Assembly (NCBI RefSeq): GCF_963676685.1
Contig: NC_092350.1
Span: forward strand, 59,892,001-59,956,000
DNA from: Mytilus edulis
Lineage: Eukaryota
Direction: 5' to 3'
Length of the DNA stretch: 64,000 nucleotides
Of the stretch, positions 1-12,139 are shown piece by piece. The notes beneath the pieces were generated by a model. That model did not search any database and was not told where the DNA came from. It saw only the letters and a program-made list of their open reading frames with translations. Made by a program: the position numbers and the translations under genes. Position 1 is the first letter of the stretch, and each line of letters starts with the position of its first letter.

Positions 1-197
1 CCCCATTACTCAAAAATGTAAAATCTGAATTTTTTAGAATTCTAAAAGGAGCTTACTTCATAAGATATAAGCAATTAACCAAAGTTTTATGCAAATTGGT
101 GCAAGCCCTTTTTAGTTCATGTCCAACATGTTGATTACAGACAGACTGGACAGATGGACAATGGTATACCACAATACGTCCTGTAAACAGACGTAAA
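1..197 (+). repeat. 3' end of a Helentron-associated (HINE/pearl-like) non-autonomous repeat
   Basis: ACAG/GGAC microsatellite (acagacagactggacagatggaca) followed by a short terminal hairpin (tacgtcctgtaaacagacgta); lies in a transposase intron. Confidence 0.45.
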
Positions 198-2554
198 CAA
201 TGAAAGTTAAAACTTACTAAGGCCTGTGGTTTCTAAGTCAAACACCAACAAAGGTGCAACTGTAATTGCTTCTTTGTCAAATTTGTCTATTTCCATAACT
301 TCAGGAATTTCTTCTTGATCTGGATGTTCCAGTCCTAGAACAAAAATTGTATGCATGAAGTATAAAATTGATCACATGATAAGATGACATTGACATTGAA
401 TCAGTTGTTAGAATGATGACATCAGAGACACTTAAAAGTGTATATTACCAGCAGTTTCCTAACTTTTTTTTTCTGCTGTTTCTGAAATCTAAACATTTTA
501 TCCAATACAGTCAAAAGACAGTTGTATTATAAAATTACACAATATTGTAATGTGATTTTTTTTTAACCATTTGATGGTGGATACATGTATTTGCAACAGG
601 CAGGTTTTACTGAATTTTGACCACAAAAAAAGCTAGATATTTTTTTTTTAATTTCAAATAAATGTATCTAGGTTATGTACTTATCAGTTATCAGATCATC
701 TTAATATAATAATTTAAGTGAAAAAACTCAAAACACATATTAAACTATCTATTAGTAAAAGCAAGTCCAATTAAGCAAATTAACATCCAAACAATGATAT
801 GTCATGAGATGATGACAATGTCAATGTAAGTGTAAAATTACATGTACTTGTTCATGGTAGATGATACCAAAAATAACTCAGTATGTAAAATAATCACCTA
901 TTTCACTTCCGTAAGTTTTTCCTTCTCTGACTTCCATTCCAGAATTCTTGGAACTTCTTTTCTTCTTCAGAAGCAGACGTTGTTTTTTTCCCTCTCTTGT
1001 CTTCGAAACAGTTGACTTTCTGTCTCTCTTTCTGTTTTATTTCAATGATCTCTTCAATGTTTCAGTACCAGGTGATAATCCAGATGAGTCATGTACCTGT
1101 AATAAGTTTAACATTTAACATTTGATGGAAAGGGGAAACATTTAGTGGCTAAGCCAGTCTGATATGATACAACATGTACAACAGAATATTGGCAAATATA
1201 AGATAGATAGAGGAGTAAACGTTTGTAGCTTATACAATCAATGCTTTACTTGAAAGCAGGGAGGTAAATTTGAATTATGAATTTGCACTTATTCATGAAC
1301 CTTGCCCAGTTGTTGTGTTTTCAAGTCTAATTTTATTTTTGTAATTTAATTGTTATTGAAGATCTTTGGTTCACAGTTTTTTTAGAATCTTAGTGATCAA
1401 CATCTTGTTATTCCAAAATTGTAGACACTTTTCATTGTTGAAGGTCTTATAGTTAGGTGTAAATGTATATTTGTAATTTTCTATATTGCTATTTTACATT
1501 TACACTAAATTTGCTTATGCACATAATATTAACCATATTTTACACTAACCTCAGACACATAGCTATAGCCTTCATTTTTCTGTAGAACTGCTGAACTAAC
1601 TCTGTAGCTTAAGCTGGATGAGGCAGAGTAATGTTTGTATTTTGGTGCTTTAGTAGCTATGGTCATATTCAAACTCTCATTAGCTTGAGAACTTGCTAGA
1701 TTTGCCAGTTTCTTTGAGTTTGGCACCAATTTATCCAAGAACAGTTTTTCAAGATCAGACTTCAAGTCCAAAGATTTTAAATCTTTGCCATGTGGAAGGC
1801 TTGAATGTTTGTAGGTGGTTTTGTCTTTTAAGTAGCCACACCAACTTTGCACACAGTGTGCATGTTCACCAAAAATGTGATCAATCGACGCCCTTAACCC
1901 ATTTTCTATTCCAGTTTGGTTTCCCTTATTTTGGTCAACCATGTAGGCAAAGTTTCTGGTAATAGCATTTATCACCATTACAGATAATTCCTTATGCTTT
2001 GGCTTCATGCTGTATAATTTGTTGACGATATTTTTGGTTACATGATTGCGATCACTAGTTTTCTCCATATGAAGATCCGGCATTTCCTTAATGGCTCTGT
2101 TGTATCCAGTTGAATCATCATCCCCAGCAAGTTCTGATATTGGGACATTTTGTTCCTTCAAATCACGGATCATCTGGACAACCATGTCAGGCTCCATTGC
2201 TTTTGCTGATCCAGTCCAGTTTTTAGAGCACTTATGTTTTCTGGGTACTTCTCCTTTTCTGTTTGCTATGCTGCATACTCTGCAATCCCCAGATCTCATG
2301 GTATGATGCAGAACTTTCCCAGTCTTCTGTCCAATAAGTGATGCTACTCCTGAAATCAAAATAAATACATATATGTAAATAGTCATATAAGTCACTAAGC
2401 TGTAACAAAGAAGTGGGAACATATCAAATTGTTAAAATCAGTAAAGAGAAACTCAAACTTCTTTGAACAACCACACAGACATCATCATAACATTATTTGA
2501 ACATAAAAAAATATCTGTCTTATTTAAAATCTGTATAGTAAGAGCCAGATTTTA

Positions 2555-3488
2555 TCAAAAAAGGATCCATGTTTAGATTCAGCATATCAAAGAAGCCCAA
2601 GAATTTAATTTTTGTAAAAATCAAACTTAGTTTAATTTTGGACCCTTTGGACCTTAATGTAGACCAATTTGAAAACAGGACCAAAAATTAAAAATCTACA
2701 TACACAGTTAGATTTGGCATATCAAAGAACCGCAATTATTCAATATTTGATGAAATCAAACAAAGTTTAATTTTGGACCCTGATTTGGACCCCGACTTGA
2801 AAACTTGGTCAATAATCAAAAATCTATGTACATTTTTAGATTCAGCATATCAAAGAACCCAAAGGATTCAATTTTTGTCGAAATCAAACTAAGTTTAATT
2901 TTGGACCCTTTGGACCTTAATGTAGATTAATTTGAAAACAGGACCAAAAATTAAGAATCTACATACACAGTTACATTCGGCATATCAAAGAACCCCATTT
3001 ATTCAATTTTTGATGTAATTAAACAAAGATTGATTTTGGACCCGGATTTGGACCAACTTGAAAACTGGGTCAATAATCAAAAATCTAAGTACATTTTTAG
3101 ATTCAGCATATCAAAGAACCCAAAGGATTCAATTTTTTGTGAAAATCAAAAATATAAAATTGAGAATGGAAATGGGGAATGTGTCAAAGAGACAACAGCC
3201 CAAATTTCATAGATTTCTATTTACTTATACTAAAGTTATGGTGCGAAAACCAAGAAAAATGCTTATTTGGGCCCCTTTTTGGCCCCCAATTCCTCAACTG
3301 TTGGGATACCAACTCCTAAAATCAATGCCAACCTTCCTTTTGTGTTCATAAACCTTGTGTCAAAATTTCATAGGTTTCTATTTTCTTATATTAAACTAAA
3401 GTTATAGTGCGAAAACCAAAAGTATTTGGACGACAACATGATACCAATATACGACCACAAAATAAAAAAAATTGCTGTCGTATAAAAA
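2555..3488 (+). repeat. Composite non-autonomous repeat with internal tandem subunits (Helentron/HINE-like)
   Basis: Reiterated tagattc/tggcatatcaaagaac...tttaattttggaccc units; the same subunit occurs inverted at 45195-45380. The 3' part ends gacgacaac...atatacgacc...gtcgtataaaaa. Confidence 0.6.
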
Positions 3489-4016
3489 ATGACTGAACTT
3501 GATCTTTGTTTCATGGTAATAAGCATCATGTATCAGTTTTATAAAATAAAGTTAATGCAAACTTGAGGACTTACAGAACAGACAACGGAAACATTTGATA
3601 ACCCCCCTCCCCTTATTCCATACCCTTTTGTACTTGTTGTGAGTGGCCAAGACAAGGGAATCTTGCCAAAAAGAGAATTAGCTTTATGTAGTAGGGCAGG
3701 TATAATATTTATTTAATGGAAAGCGGATTATGCAAAATGTGAAGAGTCAAAAATTTATTTTATGCGTCAATAAATGCAAAATAAATTATTGCCATTCATT
3801 ATAAATAAATTTCTATCAAAAATATGGCTCAAAGCACTTTTTATATTATTTATATTAACAATAACAACGTACACACATGGTTGCATATGAATACACAACG
3901 TCAGAGTGGGCGGGTCGCCATTAAGATTGACAACATTGAAAATAAAACTCAACATTTTAACCAATCAGAAGACAGTAAAAACACCAAATTTATTTATTTT
4001 CATGTGCATCTAGGCA

Positions 4017-4592
4017 AAAGGAGTAGGTCCGGTAAGAGCCCTTTTTGGCCCCAAAATATAGCAGTTTTACAAAATTCTGAAAATGTAAACTTTTAGTTAT
4101 TTATTGGATAGTAGAATGGTTCTGCTACATAAATATTGGCTGTTTTTGGCAATGCAATGCACATATATTGAGAACTAGCACCATTAAGTCATGCTAAATT
4201 ACTGAAATCATCAAAATTCAAGCATTTTAGTTAAATTTTAGACGGTTTCCGTGTAAAACAAAAGTGGCCGCATTCGTGTTCATCCAAAATATTTAAATGG
4301 AAGTTGTATTTGATGATAATACATAACATATATAAAGATTGAGGATGAACACGGATGCGGCCACTTTCATTTTTGACAAAAACTATCTGAAAAGTGACAT
4401 TTTTTCGCATATTTGGTAGGTTTTTCATATTTAAGCTTGAATCGGATCATTTTTTATGAGTTAAAATCTTTCACAAAAAATAATTGAATCAAATGAAATA
4501 GACACTTAAGTGTTTAAAAAGTGGTCAAAATCTTTCGTCAGATGAAACTGAAATTTGAGGCCAAAATCGGTCCTTACCGGACCTACTCCTTT
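4017..4592. mobile_element. MITE with terminal inverted repeats (Kolobok-like AGG...CCT ends)
   Basis: AAAGGAGTAGGTCCGGTAAG at 4017-4036 and CTTACCGGACCTACTCCTTT ending at 4592. Central inverted pair AAAGTGGCCGCATTCGTGTTCATCC (4261) / GGATGAACACGGATGCGGCCACTTT (4343). No clean TSD. Confidence 0.8.
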
Positions 4593-6364
4593 GTTTAGTC
4601 AACATTAAACAGACAAGGAAATTCCATACCCTGTTAAAAACATATCTTTCGTATTTCATAGAATCAAACCTTTATATTTACAGGCATAATGATACTTTAG
4701 TAATTTTTTTGATCAAAACAAACCTGATAAACTATTATATGCTCTTCCAGAACCCTTTTTTTGCCAGCATGTGTCTGTTGATGCATGTATACCCTCTTGT
4801 TGTTGACTATCTGAAAGAAAATGAACCAGTTTAATATTGATAAATTTGAAATTTGAAAATGCACTTTTTAGAAATAATGTCCAGTTTAAATGTAGCAACA
4901 TTAATTAACATTTTCACATGTATGGCTGATAATTAGTATTGCATTTGAAGAGTTGATTTGATAGTTTTCTATCAAGATAACTAGTGATACATACTTGTAA
5001 CTTCAGCACAACATGTTCTGAGACAGATACAGTCTGCACCGAATATCTTTTCTAACTTCCAGTCAGATGTCCAATTTTGAACATCCTTTATACATGTATA
5101 TGTGGCAAAACAAAGAATTTTTTAAGACTTTCAAGTCCAACTTGAATTTTGTCATTGATAATGCCGGTGCAACAGATAGGGAGCTAAGGTTTCAGACGAG
5201 ATTTACATATTAAATGTGATATTTATTGAATAAAAGTTGCTTTGTTTGAGAAAAAAAAGTTTGAGGTTTTATGAAGTGTACAAGCTGACACATGTATGTT
5301 ATTTCATATACTGTAACCAGCTGTTTATAAGTTGAAACAATCCTAAAATACTCATGTACAATATAACAAACTCAAAGTTACTCATAACATTTCTTTTTAA
5401 ATGTTTTTCCTCCATTCAGTTGAATAAATAATATATGTTAAAGAAATGGCTTCAACAGCTTCCTCTAACAAAAACTTCCTTTCTGAGGCCTCTGCACTAC
5501 ATTCCATCACCTCACCAATCTCAATTTCTCTGTCCTTCAGGGTCTTGGAGTTTATACAATGTAAATTCATTGCTGCTAGCAGATTGTTTAATTGGGTCTC
5601 CCCAATTCCAGCATGAATCATCCCTGAAAATTTTATGTTAAAATAAGCATCTAAATTTAATAAAATGGATTTGACTTCAAATACTTATTTGTTCAATATG
5701 GTATTTATTAATACATATACTGAAATACATTTTAGTAATACATGTAGTAATCATACTAAAAGCAACATTTTCAGAAATAATTACCTTCTTCTTCATCCAT
5801 TCTCATGAAAAAATAGATGGTTTTTATTTACATGCCGGAAATGCAATTTTGTTTGATACTACACATTAATGACTAATTTTGGTGAAACTATTACATGTAT
5901 TAGCAGAATCTGTCAATTTCTGCTAGTTCAATCTGGCATTCTTGCATGTTTAAACGCACATGCGTGATTTAATTCCTTGGAAAATTTATAAGGTAAACAG
6001 TCATTGTGAAAAAATAGTTTAGAATATGGAAAAAAACTTTCTTACCCTGACCATGGCCAGTACAAAAGAACTTTCCATATTTTATACCTTTAATCTTAAA
6101 GTGGAGAATGAAAACCATTTACCAAATTTCTATTAGCCCTGATTCTATTAATTTTCGCATTGGTGTCAAGTGCATACTGTTTATTATCTGAACAGATTAG
6201 GTTAAAGAGTGTTGAAAATTTTACTGAATCTCAACTAGTTTATTACTTTCTTTTTGAGGTGCATAGTAGAATATGTATTTATTGATACATGTATTTGCTA
6301 ACCGAAAAAAAAAATAGTCAGTCAATTTGTGAGTACTGTATAGATAATAAATAAAAATGTTTCT

Positions 6365-6656
6365 GTTTGTATATGCCTGTCCCAAGTCAGGAGCCTGTAA
6401 TTCAGTAATTGTTGTTTGTTTATGGGTTACATATTTGTTTTTCTTTAATTTTTCGCACAGAAATTAGGCTGTTAGTTTTCTTGTTGACATTTTCATTTCA
6501 AGGGCTTTTATATATCTGACTATGAGGTATTGGCTTAATTTATTGTTGAAGGCCATACCGTGACCTATAGTTGTTAATTTCTGTGTCATTTGGTCTCTAA
6601 CGGTCTTTTGTGCAGAGTTGTCCTATTGGCAATCATACCACGTCCTCTTTTTTATA
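6365..6656 (+). repeat. Dispersed repeat family R1 (non-autonomous, class uncertain)
   Basis: cctgtcccaagtcaggagcctgtaattcagt...ttgttgaaggcc.tac.gtgacctatagttgttaatttctgtgtcatttggtctc...ataccac; other copies at ~6975, 16270, 17705, 32245. Confidence 0.75.
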
Positions 6657-6974
6657 TTGTAAATTCTTTTCATGATCTAAAATTTGTACATCATTGTTAG
6701 TATTACCAGGCTACTTTTTCAAAAAAATTATTAATCCATCAAGGACAAGAATTAAATCAGTCAGTAAGAATCATTATCTCATTGAACCATGCATGCTTCA
6801 AAACAAGCTATCAACTTTTAAACATTCTCATGTGTTTCCATACATATCTAGAATATATATGATAATATCATATATAAATATCTGATTAAATTTATTAAAC
6901 TTTAATACATGTACATGTATTCTTGATATATATTATTTTATAGTAAAGAGAACAAAACAAGGGCCAGTGGACTC

Positions 6975-7106
6975 TGCTGACTATGAGATATGGGCTTTGC
7001 TTATTGTTGAAGGCTGTATATGGTGACCTATAGTTGTTAATTTTAGAGTAATTTTGGTCTATTGTGGAGATTTGGCAATCATATATTCCACATCATCTAC
7101 TTTTAT
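6975..7106 (+). repeat. R1 repeat 3' fragment
   Basis: gctgactatgagatatgggctttgcttattgttgaaggc...gtgacctatagttgttaattt matches 6515-6650. Confidence 0.65.
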
Positions 7107-8442
7107 ATGTATGGGCGAACAAACTCACTGCAGACGAACATGTTATCAGGACAAACGGACCTTATAAGTTATACCGCCCATAGTGGACAAAAAGTTTTTG
7201 TAAGAAATGACTACATGTAGCTACAACATACCTATACCAAAAGTACAATCTCTAATTATAATACATACATGTACACATGATTATTTCAGGGAAAGTCTCC
7301 ATATGACTGGCTCAATGCAATAATTGGTAGTCATTTATAATTGGAAAAGATAATAAAAGAGTAACATATTGAAGTACCTGTAGCCACTTTAGTATTTATA
7401 TCAAAAATACCATTTCCTCTTTTCACTTCAGTGCGATAGTGAGTTTTGCCCAATTTGATTCTGTCAACATTTCCACATTCAGTACACTGAACAAACAATA
7501 TTCCTGACAAGCCAAGGGGTCTGACTCCAAGTGAGTTGTGCAGGTGCAAAGGAGTACAACACTTAGTGCATTGTTGTAATTGTTTGGCAAGGACATCAAG
7601 TTCTACCACAAAACGGCAATAACTTAAATCAACAAGATCTGATGGAATGTATGTGAAGTCTAAGTCAAAATCTACATTGTAATCATTTTCTGCCGAATCT
7701 ATAACGATTTCATTTTGGAAAAAAGGATCAGAACAGTTAGTGGTTGTGGTTTCTTTGACGTAAGGATGGTCGATAGAAATATCAGGGACAACATGTATAT
7801 CAACTTCATCTTCAACAGTTTGTGTTACACAATTTGGTCGGTTGTAAACCAAGTTTTCTACCCTTTTAGTTTTCTGTATTTGTTTATTCTTTGAAAACTT
7901 CCCTCGCTCATTTCTTATTACAGACATACTCCTACAGCAGACGATATTCTGGTTATAATATAGTTTACGGTTGTTCCGATTTATTTTACTTACCATTTGT
8001 CTCGAGTTCTTTCAGGTGCACAGGACTTTGGCTGGTTCATTTCGTAGGTGAAACAGCATATACAAGACATATAAAAACACCGAAATATTCACCAGATTCC
8101 GTCGTTTCCGTTTATTATTTCTTAGTCTACAATAACCGCCTGAATAGTACAAACTACATTAATAACTTTCGTTTTTGACTTCCTTGTTTACATATTTATA
8201 AAACCGGAAGTGCAAAATTTAATAACAAAATAACTCATGAGATAAAAATAAATATAAATAAACGTAAGGTAAGATATTGTATAAATAAACAAATGTTTTA
8301 TTGGTTCAAAACTATTTTTAATACGCTAAATAATAATGTATGAATTGTTGTGACAACTGGCCGGTTTCCGTCATGGATACCGTAACTATGCGCAACTTGT
8401 TGCGCAGTGGGCGCGAAAATTTAAACCCGTGAGCCCCCTTAA

Positions 8443-9415
8443 ACAAATAGACTAGAAAGAATTTCGAAACGCTAAGAGAGGACACTTGAGGATTTACAAT
8501 GCCAAGCAAATACAAAAAGAGCAGACATTTGAGCTGGTAATTAGTCATTGTTTGTAAGCATACAAGTGTTCTAAGTTGATGAAGGCCATGTAATGGGAAA
8601 AAACACTCCAGAATCACAGGGCAAAAGGTACTAATCCTGTTCCTAATCTTCAGATCAAATTATATTTTGTCAGGAAAAACGAAAAAAATCTTAGATGAGT
8701 CACTGATTGAAAATACCAGTAACATTATAAACAGACACAGTTGTGATGAACCAACAAAAACAATGATTGCAGGGATTTTTTTTTCTTTTTCTTGTGATGA
8801 GGTATCTGACTATCATCATGAAGCATCGACAATTATGATCGACAATAGGGTACGTGACTGTCACTTGAACTGCTAACCATTGTTCTTTTAGTCAGACCCA
8901 GTACAGGAGATTAATATTTCAGGAGTAGATATCATGCTAAATGTTTGTAAAAACTGAACGAAAAGGCAATAAGACAGAATTCAAAGACACAGAAGGAAAG
9001 TTGGGTCTGTTATCCATGAAATGGGGCTTGCCAAAATGATAGAAAACAGTGACGGCTCACAGTCTGGAACATATATTGTTTTAGTATTTGAAATTGCTGA
9101 TATCAGTATATTGTACAGTAAACTTTCCTAGTAAGAATGAGTTGTCACGGAAGGAATGATTAATACAACACTTCTGAAAAAGTGAATACTAGCTGCCATA
9201 GATGATATGCAAGCACACATGGAAGGTTGCGTCTTTCTCCTGATTTTTTTAAAGAAAATGTTTGGGGAAGTTCTGAAACAGGCCATGTCTTATAGTCTTG
9301 ATGGTGAAGGCCCCATCATTATAGTCAAAGTAGCTGGAATAGTTAGGAGAGTTAGACTTGCTACTATAAAAAGGAAATTCAATGTAGGCTTTTAAAATGA
9401 ATCGGTTCAACAAAC
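8443..9415 (+). pseudogene. Decayed N-terminal part of an Academ-type transposase (copy 1)
   Basis: Interrupted frames read FSCDEVSDYHHEASTIMIDNRVRDC ... VFEIADISILYSKL ... EGMINTTLLKK*ILAAIDDMQAHMEG ... FGEVLKQAM ... VAGIVRR. Homologous to the inverted copy at 9420-10600 at both DNA and peptide level. Family assignment is from motif recall. Confidence 0.55.
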
Positions 9416-9419
9416 ATTG

Positions 9420-11620
9420 AGACATGTTACTCTCTATCTGAGAACTCATCAGTTGCAGTTGTATCATTTCGACGACGAGTTGCACAATTGAACTATTATA
9501 GCTGAGAAATGATAAGTGTTGTCTGCCAATGAACGATAATACTGGACTGTCTCGATGTTTGGCCATTCTGTAGCATTCTTACTAAGGAAACGTATGTCCA
9601 ATGATGTCTGTTGAAATGATCTATGTTAACAGGTGTTATTGAGTGTCCCTGTTAAGCTATTCTTAGTATCAAGCATATATATTACGCCTGCTATGGCTAT
9701 GCTGATGCCTTCATTTTCACCTATTTTATTTTGAGGTCTGTTTCAGAGCTTCACAAATACCTTCATTGACAATCAAGAGAACTTATTTACCTTGCTTGTA
9801 TGCTTGCAGATAATATGGCAGCTACATTCCAATTTTGTTAGATTTTGTTGTATCATTTCTTCCTTCCATGATAGCTCCAAGTTGTCCAAGGCTTTTACTG
9901 TACAATTTTGCGTGACCTGCAAGCTTGGAGATCGGTACAATATAACAGACCGTGTATTATATTGGAAAGCACAACTCCAAGGATAAAATATTCCTTGCTT
10001 TCTTTCTGTATCTTTTATCCTGCCTATTTGCTGTGTTGTCAAGCTTTATCAATCATTAAGCAGGATACTAGTGTTTTGACTTCTGCAGCACTTACTTTGG
10101 CTAAGCGAATATTGTTTTGTAGTACAGGTGCACAGTCATGTCCTATATAAAAATGTTGATGCTACATGGAGATCTTCAGATACATTATCATAGAAAAAAT
10201 ACACTGCAGTCTATGTTTTTGTTGATCTGGTTGTTTTTCTTTCAATTGGCAACTTGTCTTCAACATCTGAAGTATGTTTTCACTTTAACTGATGAAATAT
10301 TTTGAGATCTGAATTTTTTTTGACAGGATTTGTGCCATTTTGCCTTGTGATTCTGGAGTGCTTCAGTCTGCAGTTCCATAACCTTTATTCGACTGGTTCA
10401 AATTGAGCCATAGGAAAACCAATGCAAGTCCCAACATCTTCGTATACTTGCATCAAAGGAGTGATTGCCAGCTCAAATGTATATGTTTGTTCTATTTGTA
10501 TCTGCTTGGCCTTCCAAACCCTCACATGTCCTCTCTTGTCGTTTCACACATTACTTTCAGTTTATTCGTCCATTATGTTGTTCTGATATTTGGCTCCAGT
10601 GTTTTTGAAATCTACAATTTTGATCCTTTCCAACAACAACTTTCGGTCATAAATTATATCATTTATACGTAATTTCTGTTTTTAAAAGTTACTTAGGCAA
10701 ACGAGTAAGTAAAAGAAATTTTGATACTGATATCTTTATTTCGTAAACATGCATGCCTTATCTGACCATTTTGTGAATATCCAATATAAATTAGCAAAAC
10801 AAGTATAGATGCAAACAGTGAATTAATAAAAATAGCGAATAATGATATATTGGAATTCATATTTTCAAAATGGTCATCATTCAAGATGGCTACCAAAAAA
10901 AATCAATATCTGAAGTCCTCAGATGACAGTCCTTGTCATCTTTGATGAATATACCATATGACTATATAGAAACTTTCCTGCAGCAAACGCTTAACTAACT
11001 TAGTCAAAGTAAACACGGTTATCAGGGAAATCTAAATATGTAAAGTCAGTATTAAGTTGTACTTCTCTGTGTAATTGTGGAGGACAATGTGCTAGAATAT
11101 GATAGACAGATACAGCTGCTGTGTGGTTTGACAAAGCATGTACATTTTATGAGGGGTCGGACAGGGGGTACCTTTCTCCTTTCTCCCACCCCTTCTCTCC
11201 TTTCTCCCCTCTCTCTCTGTCTCCGTTTACCCTGTCCGCCCCCTCATTTCATTCATTGTGAGATATTTTTAACGTCAATTGATCTTCTTATAACATTACT
11301 TGTATGATATGAAACTCATTATGTATGCAATCAAGGTTTTTGAAAGTTGTTTCATATTAGCAATATCAACAAAACGAATTATCATGTAATCAGCCAATTA
11401 TTATAAATGACAGGTATACAAATATATTTGTATATTTTGAACAATGTACATATAATGTCTATTTTCCTTCTACCTATTTTGGCTTGAAAATTTCAAGATT
11501 TTTCAAGATGGCCGCCATTCAACATGGGTAACATTTTCAAAAAAAAAAAAATCAACAAGGCAATTGGAATCCGCACTGTTATTCTATTGACCACGTTTCG
11601 TGTCAATATCACGCTCAATG
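9420..11620 (-). mobile_element. Decayed 5' half of an Academ-type element (copy 2; coding remnant ~10600-9420, probable TIR remnant ~10700-11620)
   Basis: - strand fragments FFYDNVSEDLHVASTF, LAKVSA, PISKLAGHAKLYSKSLGQLGAIMEGRNDTTK, LQAYKQGK, EGICEALKQ, SLVRMLQNG, FNCATRRRNDT. AAGATGGC(T/C)-type motifs at ~10884 and ~11506 resemble Academ TIR subrepeats. Outer boundary uncertain. Confidence 0.5.
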
Positions 11621-12139
11621 TCTTAGTACATTATAATGTTATTTGCTACCAAACGAAGAAAATAATATGCCTTACTGTTATGTATCACAGAAATATATTA
11701 TTTGTAGAGATACAAAAACAAATTGTTGTGCTGATTTAGGGTTATTCTCGCAATTTGATTGGCTGATATTGTTCTAAGAAATTTTAGCATATTTTTTTTT
11801 AATACGTCAACTGGAAATATACTGAACTTATAAAACATGAGTCGCTTTATAGTCCTCATATTTTTCATTCATCACAGCTTTAGATTAAATATTTATATGT
11901 ATTTGCTTGGAATTGTCCTAAAACTTTAATTGTAATATGATAATATGTAATATAACAAAATCAGAATAAATTTGATACATAGTGTGCAAAAGTCGTAATA
12001 TGAGAATGTATAGGGTCAATTAAATTGATATCGGGGTTTCGCCCTATTCTCATATTAAAAAATGTGCACACTGTGTTACTAACAGTGGCAAATCCTTTAA
12101 GATGTGAACATGTGATGTAATCTTTTATTATATAATCAG

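Larger units (their letters stand above)
218..7996 (-). pseudogene. Multi-exon Mutator-like/Kolobok DDD/E transposase with downstream DEDD-type exonuclease motif (one in-frame stop; continues beyond window start)
   Basis: GT-AG exons: 7996-7378, 5623-~5440 (donor unclear), 4810-4724, 2349-1550, 1096-898, 334-218; phases are compatible at every junction that could be checked. Motifs: CTKC...CTEC zinc ribbon; MIHAGIGETQLNNLLAAMNL; DTCWQKKGSGRAYNSLSG (D1); CRVC..HKC.KNWTGSAKAMEPD; GDDDS (D2); DRNHVTK; HIFGEHAHC..WC; SQANES (E). The last visible exon ends LLVFDLETTGL (ExoI DxE motif). In-frame TAA at 1039-1037. Confidence 0.85.
1..8438 (-). mobile_element. Kolobok-type DNA transposon (5' end in window; 3' end lies beyond position 1)
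   Basis: On the - strand the element begins TTAA|GGGGGCTCACGGG (TTAA at 8439-8442, terminus at 8438), matching the TTAA target and purine-purine termini of Kolobok elements. It carries a spliced DDD/E transposase starting ~440 bp inside. Unrelated Academ-type coding remnants start directly beyond the TTAA. The other terminus and TSD are not visible. Confidence 0.7.

Noticed and set aside
1529-2422. 297-aa ORF as a stand-alone single-exon gene
   Set aside because: Its first ~24 and last few residues are intronic; the true exon is 2349-1550 and the first catalytic Asp is in an upstream exon.
4995-5085. Possible extra transposase exon (- strand, DVQNWTSDWKLEKIFGADCICLRTCCAEVT, donor GTATGT, phase fits the next exon)
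   Set aside because: Weak acceptor, no recognisable transposase motif and no matching upstream donor; left out of the gene model pending RNA-seq.
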